Source of the DNA: Candidatus Heimdallarchaeota archaeon
GTDB lineage: Archaea > Asgardarchaeota > Heimdallarchaeia > Heimdallarchaeales > Heimdallarchaeaceae
Assembly (NCBI GenBank): GCA_030668825.1
Contig: DAOVET010000035.1
Coordinates: forward strand, 1-25,166
Length of the DNA: 25,166 nucleotides
Reading direction: 5' to 3'
Positions 1 to 8,440 of this stretch are shown piece after piece. Within the stretch, counting starts at the first letter, position 1, and each line of letters begins with the position of its first letter. The notes under the pieces are model-generated. The model saw only the letters and a program-made list of their open reading frames with translations. It searched no databases and was not told the origin of the DNA. Both the position numbers and the translations under genes were made by a program.

Positions 1-921
1 ATTCATTCAGGTATGCCAATATCACAAGCACTAAGATTATGTCCGCATCTAACAATGGTTAGAGGGTCATATAAGCTGTATAGTGAAGTTTCAAAGAGTA
101 TTATGAATATAGTAAAATATTATTCCCCTAGTATGAAAGTAGCAGGTAATGATGAAGCTTATCTTGATTTAACTGAAATTGCATCCGATTATGAAGAAGC
201 TAGAAGATTAGCTGTGGAATTAAAGGATGACATTTTTGCGACAGAACGTTTAACTTGTTCAATTGGTATTGCTCCTACTAGAATACTGGCAAAAATCGCT
301 TCTGAAACAGATAAACCTGATGGATTAGTTGTTGTCAAACCTCTAGAGATTAAAGAATTTATGGAACCTTTAAAAATTTCCATCATACCTGGAGTAGGAA
401 AAAAAAGTGCAGAATCTTTCAGCAGGAAAAATATTTACACTTGTGGTGATTTAGCCAAATTATCATACCATTTAGTCTACCAGAAATTTGGAAAATATGG
501 ACTTAAAACATGGAAACTGGTAAGTGGTTTCAATACAGAAAATACTCAAGAAAAATTCTTATCCAATGAAAGGAAATCAATTAGTGAAGAGAGAACCTTC
601 TTTGATAGATACCAAAAATGGGAAAATATTTGGGTACAAATTGATTCTTCTATTGACACAATTATTGCAAGAATGAGAGTTAAAAACATGAGTTTTAAAA
701 CCATAACTCTTAAAATTCGTTTTAAAAACTTCGAAACCTATACTAGATCACATTCTCTATCCAGTTACAATATCACAGAAAAACTTGTTAGGACTGTCGT
801 TCAGAAACTTTTAGAAGAATTTGAAAACAAAAAACCTGAAGATATAAGACTGATAGGGGTCAAAATATCAAATTTAAGAAAAATTGATAGTAATCAAAAA
901 ACTTTAACACAATTTTTTTAA
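1..921 (+). CDS. dinB: Y-family DNA polymerase IV (DinB/Dpo4-like), 5'-truncated by the window edge
   Basis: The frame is open from base 1 (IHSGMP). Motifs DEAYLD, TCSIGIAPTRILAKIASETDKPDG and IPGVGKK, plus a little-finger domain (RKSISEERTF, TITLKIRF, IRLIGVKISNL). C-terminal QKTLTQFF PIP box. Confidence 0.95.
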   Translation: MHSGMPISQALRLCPHLTMVRGSYKLYSEVSKSIMNIVKYYSPSMKVAGNDEAYLDLTEIASDYEEARRLAVELKDDIFATERLTCSIGIAPTRILAKIASETDKPDGLVVVKPLEIKEFMEPLKISIIPGVGKKSAESFSRKNIYTCGDLAKLSYHLVYQKFGKYGLKTWKLVSGFNTENTQEKFLSNERKSISEERTFFDRYQKWENIWVQIDSSIDTIIARMRVKNMSFKTITLKIRFKNFETYTRSHSLSSYNITEKLVRTVVQKLLEEFENKKPEDIRLIGVKISNLRKIDSNQKTLTQFF

Positions 922-955
922 TACTGTTATGTAAGTATTAAAGAAAGGAAAAATC

Positions 956-2308
956 ATGTCGACTGAAATTCCTGACTGGTTTGTTTTAAAAGATCCTGGA
1001 GACATATCTTTAGATGTTGAAAGTTGGAATAGGTATGCTAATACACGCTTAGACCGTCTTATTTCGGAAGATCTATGGATAATAACTCAACCTTCATGGA
1101 TGTCTGAAGATGAATGGTTTCAGTCGAAAGTAGAGGAATTTGGGGGACATACTTCACTTAAACTTGCAGTTTCCCAAGATCCAAGATTAACATCTTGGTT
1201 GATAGAAGTAGAGGGAGATCTATTTGAATTTCGTTTTATCAGCAGTCCAAGTTTTAAACAAAAAATAAGTGTGTTAAAAGAACTTTATTCTCAAGAAAAT
1301 GTTAAATTAATCAGTGAAATTAATAGCATGTTTAGTGTAGATATTTTCAGAAGATTCAATATCGCGGAAGTTGATACAAGATCTGTAAAATACGCTAAAA
1401 GCAAATATGGAACGAGCGCTACTGACCTTAACAGAAAAGTAGCCATTCATTACACAAAAATCCCCTCAATAGTATCAGCAAAAAGAGTACTTCTCTACAA
1501 AGGATGGGGTATTGTCACACTTGCGGACATACGCCTTGCTGTTAAAAGAGAGTTTGAGAAACAACTGAGAGAGGTTATTGAGAGATCCAAAGAACTTGTT
1601 GAACAAGATGAAGGATTAAAAAATGCCATTAAACCTATATTTGACAGAGTAGCAGAAATTGCAAGATCCACAAGATTATCAAAAGATTTCCTAAGTTTAG
1701 GTTTAGATGAGGGAGTTGATATCCTTTCTAAACCTGAATTATTTCCACCATGTATTCAGGAACTAATTGGAATTCTTAAATCAGAAGGTCATCTTGCTCA
1801 TTTAGAAAATTGGCAGTTAGGAACTTTTTTGAAAAGAGCTGGCATGGCTGTTGAAGAACAACAGAGATTTTGGTATGAAAGCTCAATAGACAATATTGGA
1901 ATTTCTTTTGAGGAATTTAAACAGAAGGTAAGCTATCAGATTCTACATATTTATGGTAAAGTTGGTCGCGAAGTCGATTACAACCCTCCAAGTTGTAAAA
2001 CTTGTATCAACAATTATTATTGTTACTGGGCACATAAAGAAAGTGCAAAAATTATAGAAGACATAAAAACCCGTTTTGAAGACAGAAAGGGAGAAGTTGT
2101 TGAAACAGCAATAGAAGATATTTCTAAATTATTAAATGGTCAACAGTATCAAAGAGCATGTGCGAGATATTTCACATTATTAACAGGTTGGACTGTTCGA
2201 GGAAATCACATTAATCAGATGATAAGTTTCACCAGACAAGCCTACAAGAGATTCTATGCAAAGAAAGAGGAAGAAAAAGAAGTAAAGGAGAGTAATGAAG
2301 ATGAGTGA
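956..2308 (+). CDS. priL: DNA primase large subunit, eukaryotic p58/Pri2-like, with Fe-S domain
   Basis: FPPC, Y-x-I-x-H-x-YG, DYNPPSC, YCYW and YQRACARYF align by eye to the eukaryotic p58 C-terminal domain. GHTSLKLAVSQDPRLTSWLIEVEGDLFEFRF matches the p58 N-terminal domain. Overlaps priS. Confidence 0.92.
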   Translation: MSTEIPDWFVLKDPGDISLDVESWNRYANTRLDRLISEDLWIITQPSWMSEDEWFQSKVEEFGGHTSLKLAVSQDPRLTSWLIEVEGDLFEFRFISSPSFKQKISVLKELYSQENVKLISEINSMFSVDIFRRFNIAEVDTRSVKYAKSKYGTSATDLNRKVAIHYTKIPSIVSAKRVLLYKGWGIVTLADIRLAVKREFEKQLREVIERSKELVEQDEGLKNAIKPIFDRVAEIARSTRLSKDFLSLGLDEGVDILSKPELFPPCIQELIGILKSEGHLAHLENWQLGTFLKRAGMAVEEQQRFWYESSIDNIGISFEEFKQKVSYQILHIYGKVGREVDYNPPSCKTCINNYYCYWAHKESAKIIEDIKTRFEDRKGEVVETAIEDISKLLNGQQYQRACARYFTLLTGWTVRGNHINQMISFTRQAYKRFYAKKEEEKEVKESNEDE

Positions 2309-3461
2309 GGAAGTTACATCAGAATTACTGTCTGAATATTATGAAAAGAAATTTCCTATAGAAAGTTTCATGTCTTATCTAGGTTTGTCTGATTTTCAAA
2401 ATAGAGAATTTGGCTTTGTCATTAATGAAAGATTTACGAGAAACATATCTTTTGAAAATACAAAGAAATTAAGAGAGTTTATGGTTTCTAATTCAGTTCA
2501 ACATGCTTATGTAGGTTCAGTTTATGAAAAACCACCTTCCAGAGATAATAGAATACATTCTATCAAGTGGAAGTACAGAGAATTTATTTTTGACATTGAT
2601 ATTAATGAATATGATCTAGTAAGATCATGTGAATGCGGCAAATACGATTATTGTAAAATCTGCTGGCCTTTAGTTCAAGATGCAGTTGGATTTATTGAAG
2701 AAACTATGAAAGAAGATTTTGGTTTTATGGAAATGAAATGGTTTTTTTCAGGTAGAAGAGGAGTACATGGATGGGTAGTGGATAAAGAATCAAAGTTTCT
2801 AAATAATGAACAAAGAGTTTCAATTTTGAACTATTTAACCTTCATTCATGACGAAACTAGATCTCAATCTATAGAAGAAATTCCTAATGAAGCAAAACCT
2901 CTCAGAAACAGAATTTTTTCTCTTTTAGTAAAACCTTACATTGAGTACTCTTTTCTTGTTGATTTGGATGACCCTATCTTACAATGTCAAAGCTGTAAGT
3001 CAAAATTTAGAGCTTATGAATTAATAGAAGAAGTAACGGGAAGAAAAACAGAAGGTTTAAGGTTTAGTGCACTAAACAAAAGAATTCAAAAAAGCAATAT
3101 CAAATGCAAATACTGTTCAGGTGAACTAGAAAATGTAACGAAATTAGAAGTTGAAGATTTTGGTTTAACAGAACTTAAGGCAAAAAAAATAATAACTCAA
3201 GTTAAGGAAACTACTTCTTTTGATCATAATCAATATAATATTATAATGCCAAATGATTGGAAAGTAAGAAGGAAAATGTCAAATGACATAATCTTGAACA
3301 GATACCCTAGAATTGATAGAGCTGTATCCACAGACATTAAAAGAGTAAGCAGAATACCTTATTCAATTCATGGGAATACTGGAAAAATAGTTATTGAAAT
3401 AAAAGATATAAATAGTTTTTATCCTGATTCTACACCAAATATTTGGGAAGCTTTAATGTAA
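2295..3461 (+). CDS. priS: DNA primase small (catalytic) subunit; start may be 2301
   Basis: Motifs NREFGF, FDID (catalytic), Zn site CEC..CKIC, FSGRRGVH, PRID and RIPYSIHGNTG. SD-like AAGGAG at 2285-2290. Confidence 0.95.
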   Translation: MKMSEEVTSELLSEYYEKKFPIESFMSYLGLSDFQNREFGFVINERFTRNISFENTKKLREFMVSNSVQHAYVGSVYEKPPSRDNRIHSIKWKYREFIFDIDINEYDLVRSCECGKYDYCKICWPLVQDAVGFIEETMKEDFGFMEMKWFFSGRRGVHGWVVDKESKFLNNEQRVSILNYLTFIHDETRSQSIEEIPNEAKPLRNRIFSLLVKPYIEYSFLVDLDDPILQCQSCKSKFRAYELIEEVTGRKTEGLRFSALNKRIQKSNIKCKYCSGELENVTKLEVEDFGLTELKAKKIITQVKETTSFDHNQYNIIMPNDWKVRRKMSNDIILNRYPRIDRAVSTDIKRVSRIPYSIHGNTGKIVIEIKDINSFYPDSTPNIWEALM

Positions 3462-3478
3462 AAAAAGAAGATATCGAA

Positions 3479-4669
3479 TTAAAAATCTGCATGTAAATAT
3501 GGTAATTTTTGTGGAAAGAGTTTCTTTAGTATTAGTTTATTTTCTTCTGTTAAATTACCCCATTTCTTAAATTGGAAGTCATCCAGATTATAACATCCAT
3601 AGATTATAGCAGATAATCCTTGTATTGTTAATTCACAATTATAATTCTCTGTTTCAACTACATTCAGAATACCATCTTTGCTTTCAAACATGTAGGTTTT
3701 GTTATTCCAGTCACATTGTTCATCTTTGATTTTCATTGAGATAGAACCTTCTCCAACATGAATTCCAGAAATTTGATCAACAATTACAACACGACTCATA
3801 CAAGATGGAACCCACTCTCTGCTGACTATTTTTCCCTTAGACCCCCAAAATGTATCATTGAACCATATTTCAGGAAAATCTCCAGGAAGAACGGGGAGAT
3901 GAATTTCGTTAACTTGGTCGGCATGGTGAGCTAACCATTGCAGTAACAAATATTTGCCTTGAGAATTATCAAAGTAAAAATGTCTAATTTTAATATCCTT
4001 CCAAAATCCAGTGATTTTATAGGTCATGATTCCTATAACTCCCCCATCATTCTTTTTTGCAATAGCAAGCCAGTAAGTAGCTTCATCTTTCATCCTAGCT
4101 TGTTCAGTGTCGTGTTTTACTCCCATTCCATGGGTTTTAAGCTGAAATTTCTTAATGTAATCAAGATATACATCCATTCCTTCTTTGATGTTGATTCTCT
4201 CTACGGTACCACCTAGATCCTCTTTGATTAAAGGAACCAAAGATTGAGGAGAGAAAACAGCTGTTCTTAATTGAGGAAAACTAACATATCCTAATCTTTC
4301 ATAAAACTCCTCTTTGAAAGGATATAAGGTAGAAAATACTTGTTCTTTTTCTTTCATTTTTTTGAATGAAAGATCCATTAGTTTTTTTGCGTATCCTTTT
4401 CTTCTAGCTTCAGGATTTGTAACGACCTCTGCGACTCCACACATTTTTTTAATTGTTCCCCGAACATTTTGCAATATAGGTTTGAGCATTAATCCCGAAA
4501 CTGGCTTATCATCCTCATAAATTGCGTAGCATAAATCCTCTTTGAAGTAGTGCTTGTTCTTAAGTAATCTTTCAATGTCCCCAGGAGTTGAAAAAAAAGC
4601 ATAGAAAACCATTTCGAGCAATGGATCTATTTCATCCCCCGATACTTCCTTAATTTCGACATCTTTCAT
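3479..4669 (-). CDS. Eis-like tandem GNAT acetyltransferase with C-terminal SCP2-like domain (ORF track start 4693; ATG 4669 more likely)
   Basis: Acetyl-CoA motif VVTNPEARRKGYAKKLM, LYPF..FYERLGY, DEQCDWNNKTY and terminal Phe (ADF), all typical of the Eis family. Confidence 0.85.
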   Translation of the reverse strand: MKDVEIKEVSGDEIDPLLEMVFYAFFSTPGDIERLLKNKHYFKEDLCYAIYEDDKPVSGLMLKPILQNVRGTIKKMCGVAEVVTNPEARRKGYAKKLMDLSFKKMKEKEQVFSTLYPFKEEFYERLGYVSFPQLRTAVFSPQSLVPLIKEDLGGTVERINIKEGMDVYLDYIKKFQLKTHGMGVKHDTEQARMKDEATYWLAIAKKNDGGVIGIMTYKITGFWKDIKIRHFYFDNSQGKYLLLQWLAHHADQVNEIHLPVLPGDFPEIWFNDTFWGSKGKIVSREWVPSCMSRVVIVDQISGIHVGEGSISMKIKDEQCDWNNKTYMFESKDGILNVVETENYNCELTIQGLSAIIYGCYNLDDFQFKKWGNLTEENKLILKKLFPQKLPYLHADF

Positions 4670-4789
4670 AATAGAAGGCTGGAAAAGGCGCATAAAAGAG
4701 TTTTGCAGTCGATATGATTAGTATAGAAAAATTTCCTATTGATACAAAATTTTATTATATTTGGGTTGGTTTTGGCATTTAGAGTAATA

Positions 4790-7561
4790 ATGTCCATATC
4801 AAAAGATCAACTCAAAGAGAGATTCAAGAAGGAGAACTACGAAGTTAACCTATTCAAAGAAAAAGGATTTATCAGAAAGGAATGCCCTCACTGTAAGCAC
4901 CATTTCTGGACATTAATTCCAGATCAAGAAAACTGTGGAGATACCAGATGTTCTGGAGGGTATAAGTTCATTGGCAAAAAAGGAAAGAACATGGACTTTG
5001 ATCAAACAATTAAAAGTTTGACAGATTTCTTTGTAAAAAATGGTCATACCGCAATAAAGGATTATCCAGTTGTATCAAGATGGAGAGCTGATATGGACTT
5101 TACAATAGCCTCTATAGCTGATTTTCAACCATGGGTTTTAGAAGGGGTTGTTGATCCCCCAGCAAATCCTCTAGTTGTACCCCAAATGTGTATTAGAACA
5201 GGTGGAGAATTCTCAGATATAGATAACATTGGAAAAACAGCTAGACATTTAACTAGTTTCGTTATGTTTGGACAACATTCTTTCAATTCTAAAACACTAA
5301 CTGATGGGTACTGGATCGATAGATGCTTAGATTTGAACTTTCAATATCTAACTGACGAATTAGGACTTAAACCTGAAGAAATATCTTATGTGGAGGGCAT
5401 TTGGGCAGGTGGAGGTAACTTTGGACCTAATTTGGAAGCTATGGCTTACGGAATAGAAGTTGTGAATAATGTATTTATTGCTTATGGATTCGATAATGGA
5501 AAAGTAAAGGATCTTGATATGCAAGTAATAGATGTAGGTTGGGGTTTGGATAGAGTATCATGGTTCTCCCAAGGAACACCATCAATATACGAAGCAATAT
5601 TTCCAAAGGCCATTAACTATTTACAAAAAGAAAATGATTACAAACCAGACCATAAATTACTAGTAGAATACAATATACTTGCAGGTCTTTTAGCAGTGGA
5701 AGAAGTCAAAGATTTGAGAGAAGAAAGAAAACAAATGGCTAAGAAACTAGGGATGACATATGATGAAATGCTAAAAGTTCTTGGCCCACAAGAAGCAATA
5801 TATGCAATTGCAGACCATGCAAGAACACTATCTATGACAATTGCTGACGGAGCAATTCCTTCAAATGTAGGTGGTGGATACAACCTAAGAGTTCTTTTGC
5901 GAAGAATAGAAGCTCTCAGAAGTTTATATGGGTTACAATTCTCATTTGAGAAACTATTTGATCTTCAAATTAATCAACTATCTGTCTCTTATCCTAGAGT
6001 AAAGGAACATAGAGAGGATATACTCAAAATAGTTGATATAGAACTTAAACGATATGAAGAAACTAAGAAATCAGGAAAAAGAATTGTTAATCAACTAATC
6101 CAAAAGAAAAAGGAATTTGATTTTAAAACACTCGTAGATTTGTATCAAAACAATGGAATCAATCCTTTAATGATCAAGGAACTAGCTAAAGAAAGCAAAG
6201 TGGATGTTGAAGTCCCCGACGATTTTTATAGTAAATTGGAAGAGTATCTTGCACAGCAAAAAGCAAAGCAAAAAATAGCTAAGGATGAACTCGTTTTAGA
6301 ATTAGAAGAAGAATACATTACTCAAGCTTTATACTATGAAGATGCCTATAAGACGAAGTTTGAAGCTAAGGTAGAATCAGTACTAAAAGGTAAATATCTT
6401 GTACTAGATAAAACACTATTCTACCCTACAGGTGGAGGACAGATTCACGACATTGGCACTATTATTGCAGATGGAAAAGAATTTCATGTCACTGACGTTT
6501 TCAAAAAAGGACCGACAATCATTCATAAGCTAGGGGAAAAATGTGACCTCAAGAAAGGTCAATCTGTTAAAGGAGAAATTGATGGAAAAAGACGTATGGA
6601 TATTATGCGTCATCATACAGCTGTTCATGTTGTAAATGCCGCAGCAAAAGAAATTCTAGGAGATCATGTTTGGCAAGCAGGTGCAGATAAAACTGAACAT
6701 AAAGCTCGATTAGATATAACACATTACAACTCAGTAAAAGCAGAAGAATTGCAAAGGATAGAATATTTGGCTAACCAAGTAGTATTTGAGAATCGATTAA
6801 TTTCAAAAACTGATTTAGATAGAGATGAAGCCGAAAGGAATTATGGTTTCCAAATTTATCAAGGCGGTGTTGTTCCAGGAAAAACACTTCACATTGTGTC
6901 CATTAATGAATGGGATATAGAAGCATGTGGTGGTACACATCTAGATAGCACTAGTGACATTGGAATCATTAAGCTTGTTAGTAGTGAAAGAATCCAAGAT
7001 GGAATAGTGAGACTGGAAATTCTTGCAGGTAATCCAGCCCTGAAATACATTCAAGAACAAGAAAATATACTCAAAGAATCTTCAAATATTCTTAGTGTGG
7101 AACCTAAAATACTTCCTAAAACTGTAAATAGGTTCTTTAAGGAATGGAAGGAGCAGAAGAAAGAGATTGAAAATCTAAACCAAAAAATTGCTGAGTTGCG
7201 ATTTTCTCCAACTCAAATAAAAACTAAGAAGATCAAGAATGTTGATGTTTTAGTTCAAGAAACAACAGGAAATCAAAAAGAGCTAATTGTTCAAGCTACT
7301 CAAGCAGTCAAGAATTTTGAGAATGGAATAAGTATTTTGATTTCTTCAGATGAGGACAAAGTAATTCTAGTTGGAGCTAGGAGCAAAAATTCCAATGTTG
7401 ATATTTTTTCAATGATTAAGGAATTGTCAGAATTAGTTGGTGGTTCAGGTGGAGGAAGAGGAGAACTTGCAATTGGTGGAGGACCACAAAAAGAGAAATT
7501 AGCCGATTTAATATCAAATGTGGATAAGATTATTGAATTGAAAATTACTCAAACTAAATAA
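4790..7561 (+). CDS. alaS: Alanine--tRNA ligase, archaeal type
   Basis: N-terminal Zn finger (CPHC..CGD..C), FTIASIADFQP, IDVGWGLDR, AIADHARTL, editing motifs HHTAVH and ACGGTH, C-terminal GGSGGG. ATG at 4790 preferred over TTG at 4739. Confidence 0.97.
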   Translation: MSISKDQLKERFKKENYEVNLFKEKGFIRKECPHCKHHFWTLIPDQENCGDTRCSGGYKFIGKKGKNMDFDQTIKSLTDFFVKNGHTAIKDYPVVSRWRADMDFTIASIADFQPWVLEGVVDPPANPLVVPQMCIRTGGEFSDIDNIGKTARHLTSFVMFGQHSFNSKTLTDGYWIDRCLDLNFQYLTDELGLKPEEISYVEGIWAGGGNFGPNLEAMAYGIEVVNNVFIAYGFDNGKVKDLDMQVIDVGWGLDRVSWFSQGTPSIYEAIFPKAINYLQKENDYKPDHKLLVEYNILAGLLAVEEVKDLREERKQMAKKLGMTYDEMLKVLGPQEAIYAIADHARTLSMTIADGAIPSNVGGGYNLRVLLRRIEALRSLYGLQFSFEKLFDLQINQLSVSYPRVKEHREDILKIVDIELKRYEETKKSGKRIVNQLIQKKKEFDFKTLVDLYQNNGINPLMIKELAKESKVDVEVPDDFYSKLEEYLAQQKAKQKIAKDELVLELEEEYITQALYYEDAYKTKFEAKVESVLKGKYLVLDKTLFYPTGGGQIHDIGTIIADGKEFHVTDVFKKGPTIIHKLGEKCDLKKGQSVKGEIDGKRRMDIMRHHTAVHVVNAAAKEILGDHVWQAGADKTEHKARLDITHYNSVKAEELQRIEYLANQVVFENRLISKTDLDRDEAERNYGFQIYQGGVVPGKTLHIVSINEWDIEACGGTHLDSTSDIGIIKLVSSERIQDGIVRLEILAGNPALKYIQEQENILKESSNILSVEPKILPKTVNRFFKEWKEQKKEIENLNQKIAELRFSPTQIKTKKIKNVDVLVQETTGNQKELIVQATQAVKNFENGISILISSDEDKVILVGARSKNSNVDIFSMIKELSELVGGSGGGRGELAIGGGPQKEKLADLISNVDKIIELKITQTK

Positions 7562-7585
7562 GAATCTAATATGACTACCTTCTTT

Positions 7586-7945
7586 TTATTCCTTGGAGTT
7601 AAATTTGATATTTCTTAATCCAGTTGGGGACAAAGATCTTATCTCAACAGGAACAGTAGATGGTGCAATCATTAGTGTTTCATTGGATACCATCTTCAAG
7701 GTAGCATGAAGTTCAGCTGAGGTTTTCTTCAGAGACTGTAGAAATTCATTTTTCCTCTCAGGACATGCTGAAATTCTATTTATATTTAGGAAAATTAAAT
7801 TTCCTTCTTTAACTTCATCCATAATACGATCAGTTTTAACAATATCAATTAGAGAGTAAAATTTCACTCCAGGAGGTTGTGAATTGACTTGAGTATCTTC
7901 TGGTTTAATTTTAGAATCTTTTAGAATCTTTTTCTTAATACCCAT
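7586..7945 (-). CDS. sepF: Archaeal SepF-like cell-division protein
   Basis: 119 aa with a basic/amphipathic N-terminus. The pattern IMDEVKEGNLIFLNI...LKK...LMIAPSTV fits the archaeal SepF family. Confidence 0.7.
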   Translation of the reverse strand: MGIKKKILKDSKIKPEDTQVNSQPPGVKFYSLIDIVKTDRIMDEVKEGNLIFLNINRISACPERKNEFLQSLKKTSAELHATLKMVSNETLMIAPSTVPVEIRSLSPTGLRNIKFNSKE

Positions 7946-8019
7946 AGAGTTTAACCCATTTAATGAGAAGTTTACACTTAATAAAACCAGATTAATACAG
8001 TAATAACATTAGGGTAATA

Positions 8020-8038
8020 CTAGAAAAAGAAAGAAGTA
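8020..8038 (-). terminator. Oligo-U/pyrimidine tract immediately after the orphan tfb 3'-end copy
   Basis: The minus strand reads TACTTCTTTCTTTTTCTAG directly after TAA. Archaeal intrinsic terminators are U-tracts. Confidence 0.5.
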
Positions 8039-8068
8039 TTAGAACTTCCATGGATCACGAACATAAAC
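8039..8068 (-). repeat. Displaced direct copy of the last 10 codons of tfb (VYVRDPWKF*)
   Basis: ttagaacttccatggatcacgaacataaac versus 8441-8470 ctaaaatttccatggatcgcgaacataaac: 26/30 identical, and all 4 differences are at third codon positions. Confidence 0.92.
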
Positions 8069-8098
8069 TATTTCATCAAACATAGGAATTATGAGGGA

Positions 8099-8332
8099 TT
8101 ATTTGTATCTGGAGAGTATCTGTTCCAAATCTGAACCATATTCTTCTAGATATAATCTCTTTATATCTACGCAAGGAAAACAAAGTGAACCTTTAGTCTT
8201 ATAACACCAATTACAAAAAAAAGTTAAAATTCTTTTATCCTTGTTAATAGATGCATTAAACTCATCACAAAGTTGTTTTAATGTATCGTATAATTCTGTA
8301 GGATACTTGTTCCTAGCACCTTCCCATTTCAT
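8099..8332 (-). CDS. Small hypothetical protein with CxxC-x7-CxxC (putative Zn-binding); cargo between the tfb repeats
   Basis: 77-aa ATG ORF in otherwise free space, containing CNWC..CFPC, with a BRE/TATA-like element 25-32 nt upstream. Confidence 0.7.
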   Translation of the reverse strand: MKWEGARNKYPTELYDTLKQLCDEFNASINKDKRILTFFCNWCYKTKGSLCFPCVDIKRLYLEEYGSDLEQILSRYK

Positions 8333-8356
8333 TCTGTAAACAGTATGAAATTAAAC

Positions 8357-8371
8357 TAATAAAAGTTTTTC
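8357..8371 (-). promoter_or_regulatory. BRE + TATA box of the 77-aa gene (probably leaderless)
   Basis: Minus strand GAAAAAC-TTTTATTA, with the TATA 25-32 nt upstream of the ATG at 8332. Confidence 0.55.
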
Positions 8372-8440
8372 AAATAGAAGTTAAATCTGAAGGAGTAAAT
8401 AAATATCTAATATATTAAGAATTTGTGTATATTTAATTAA

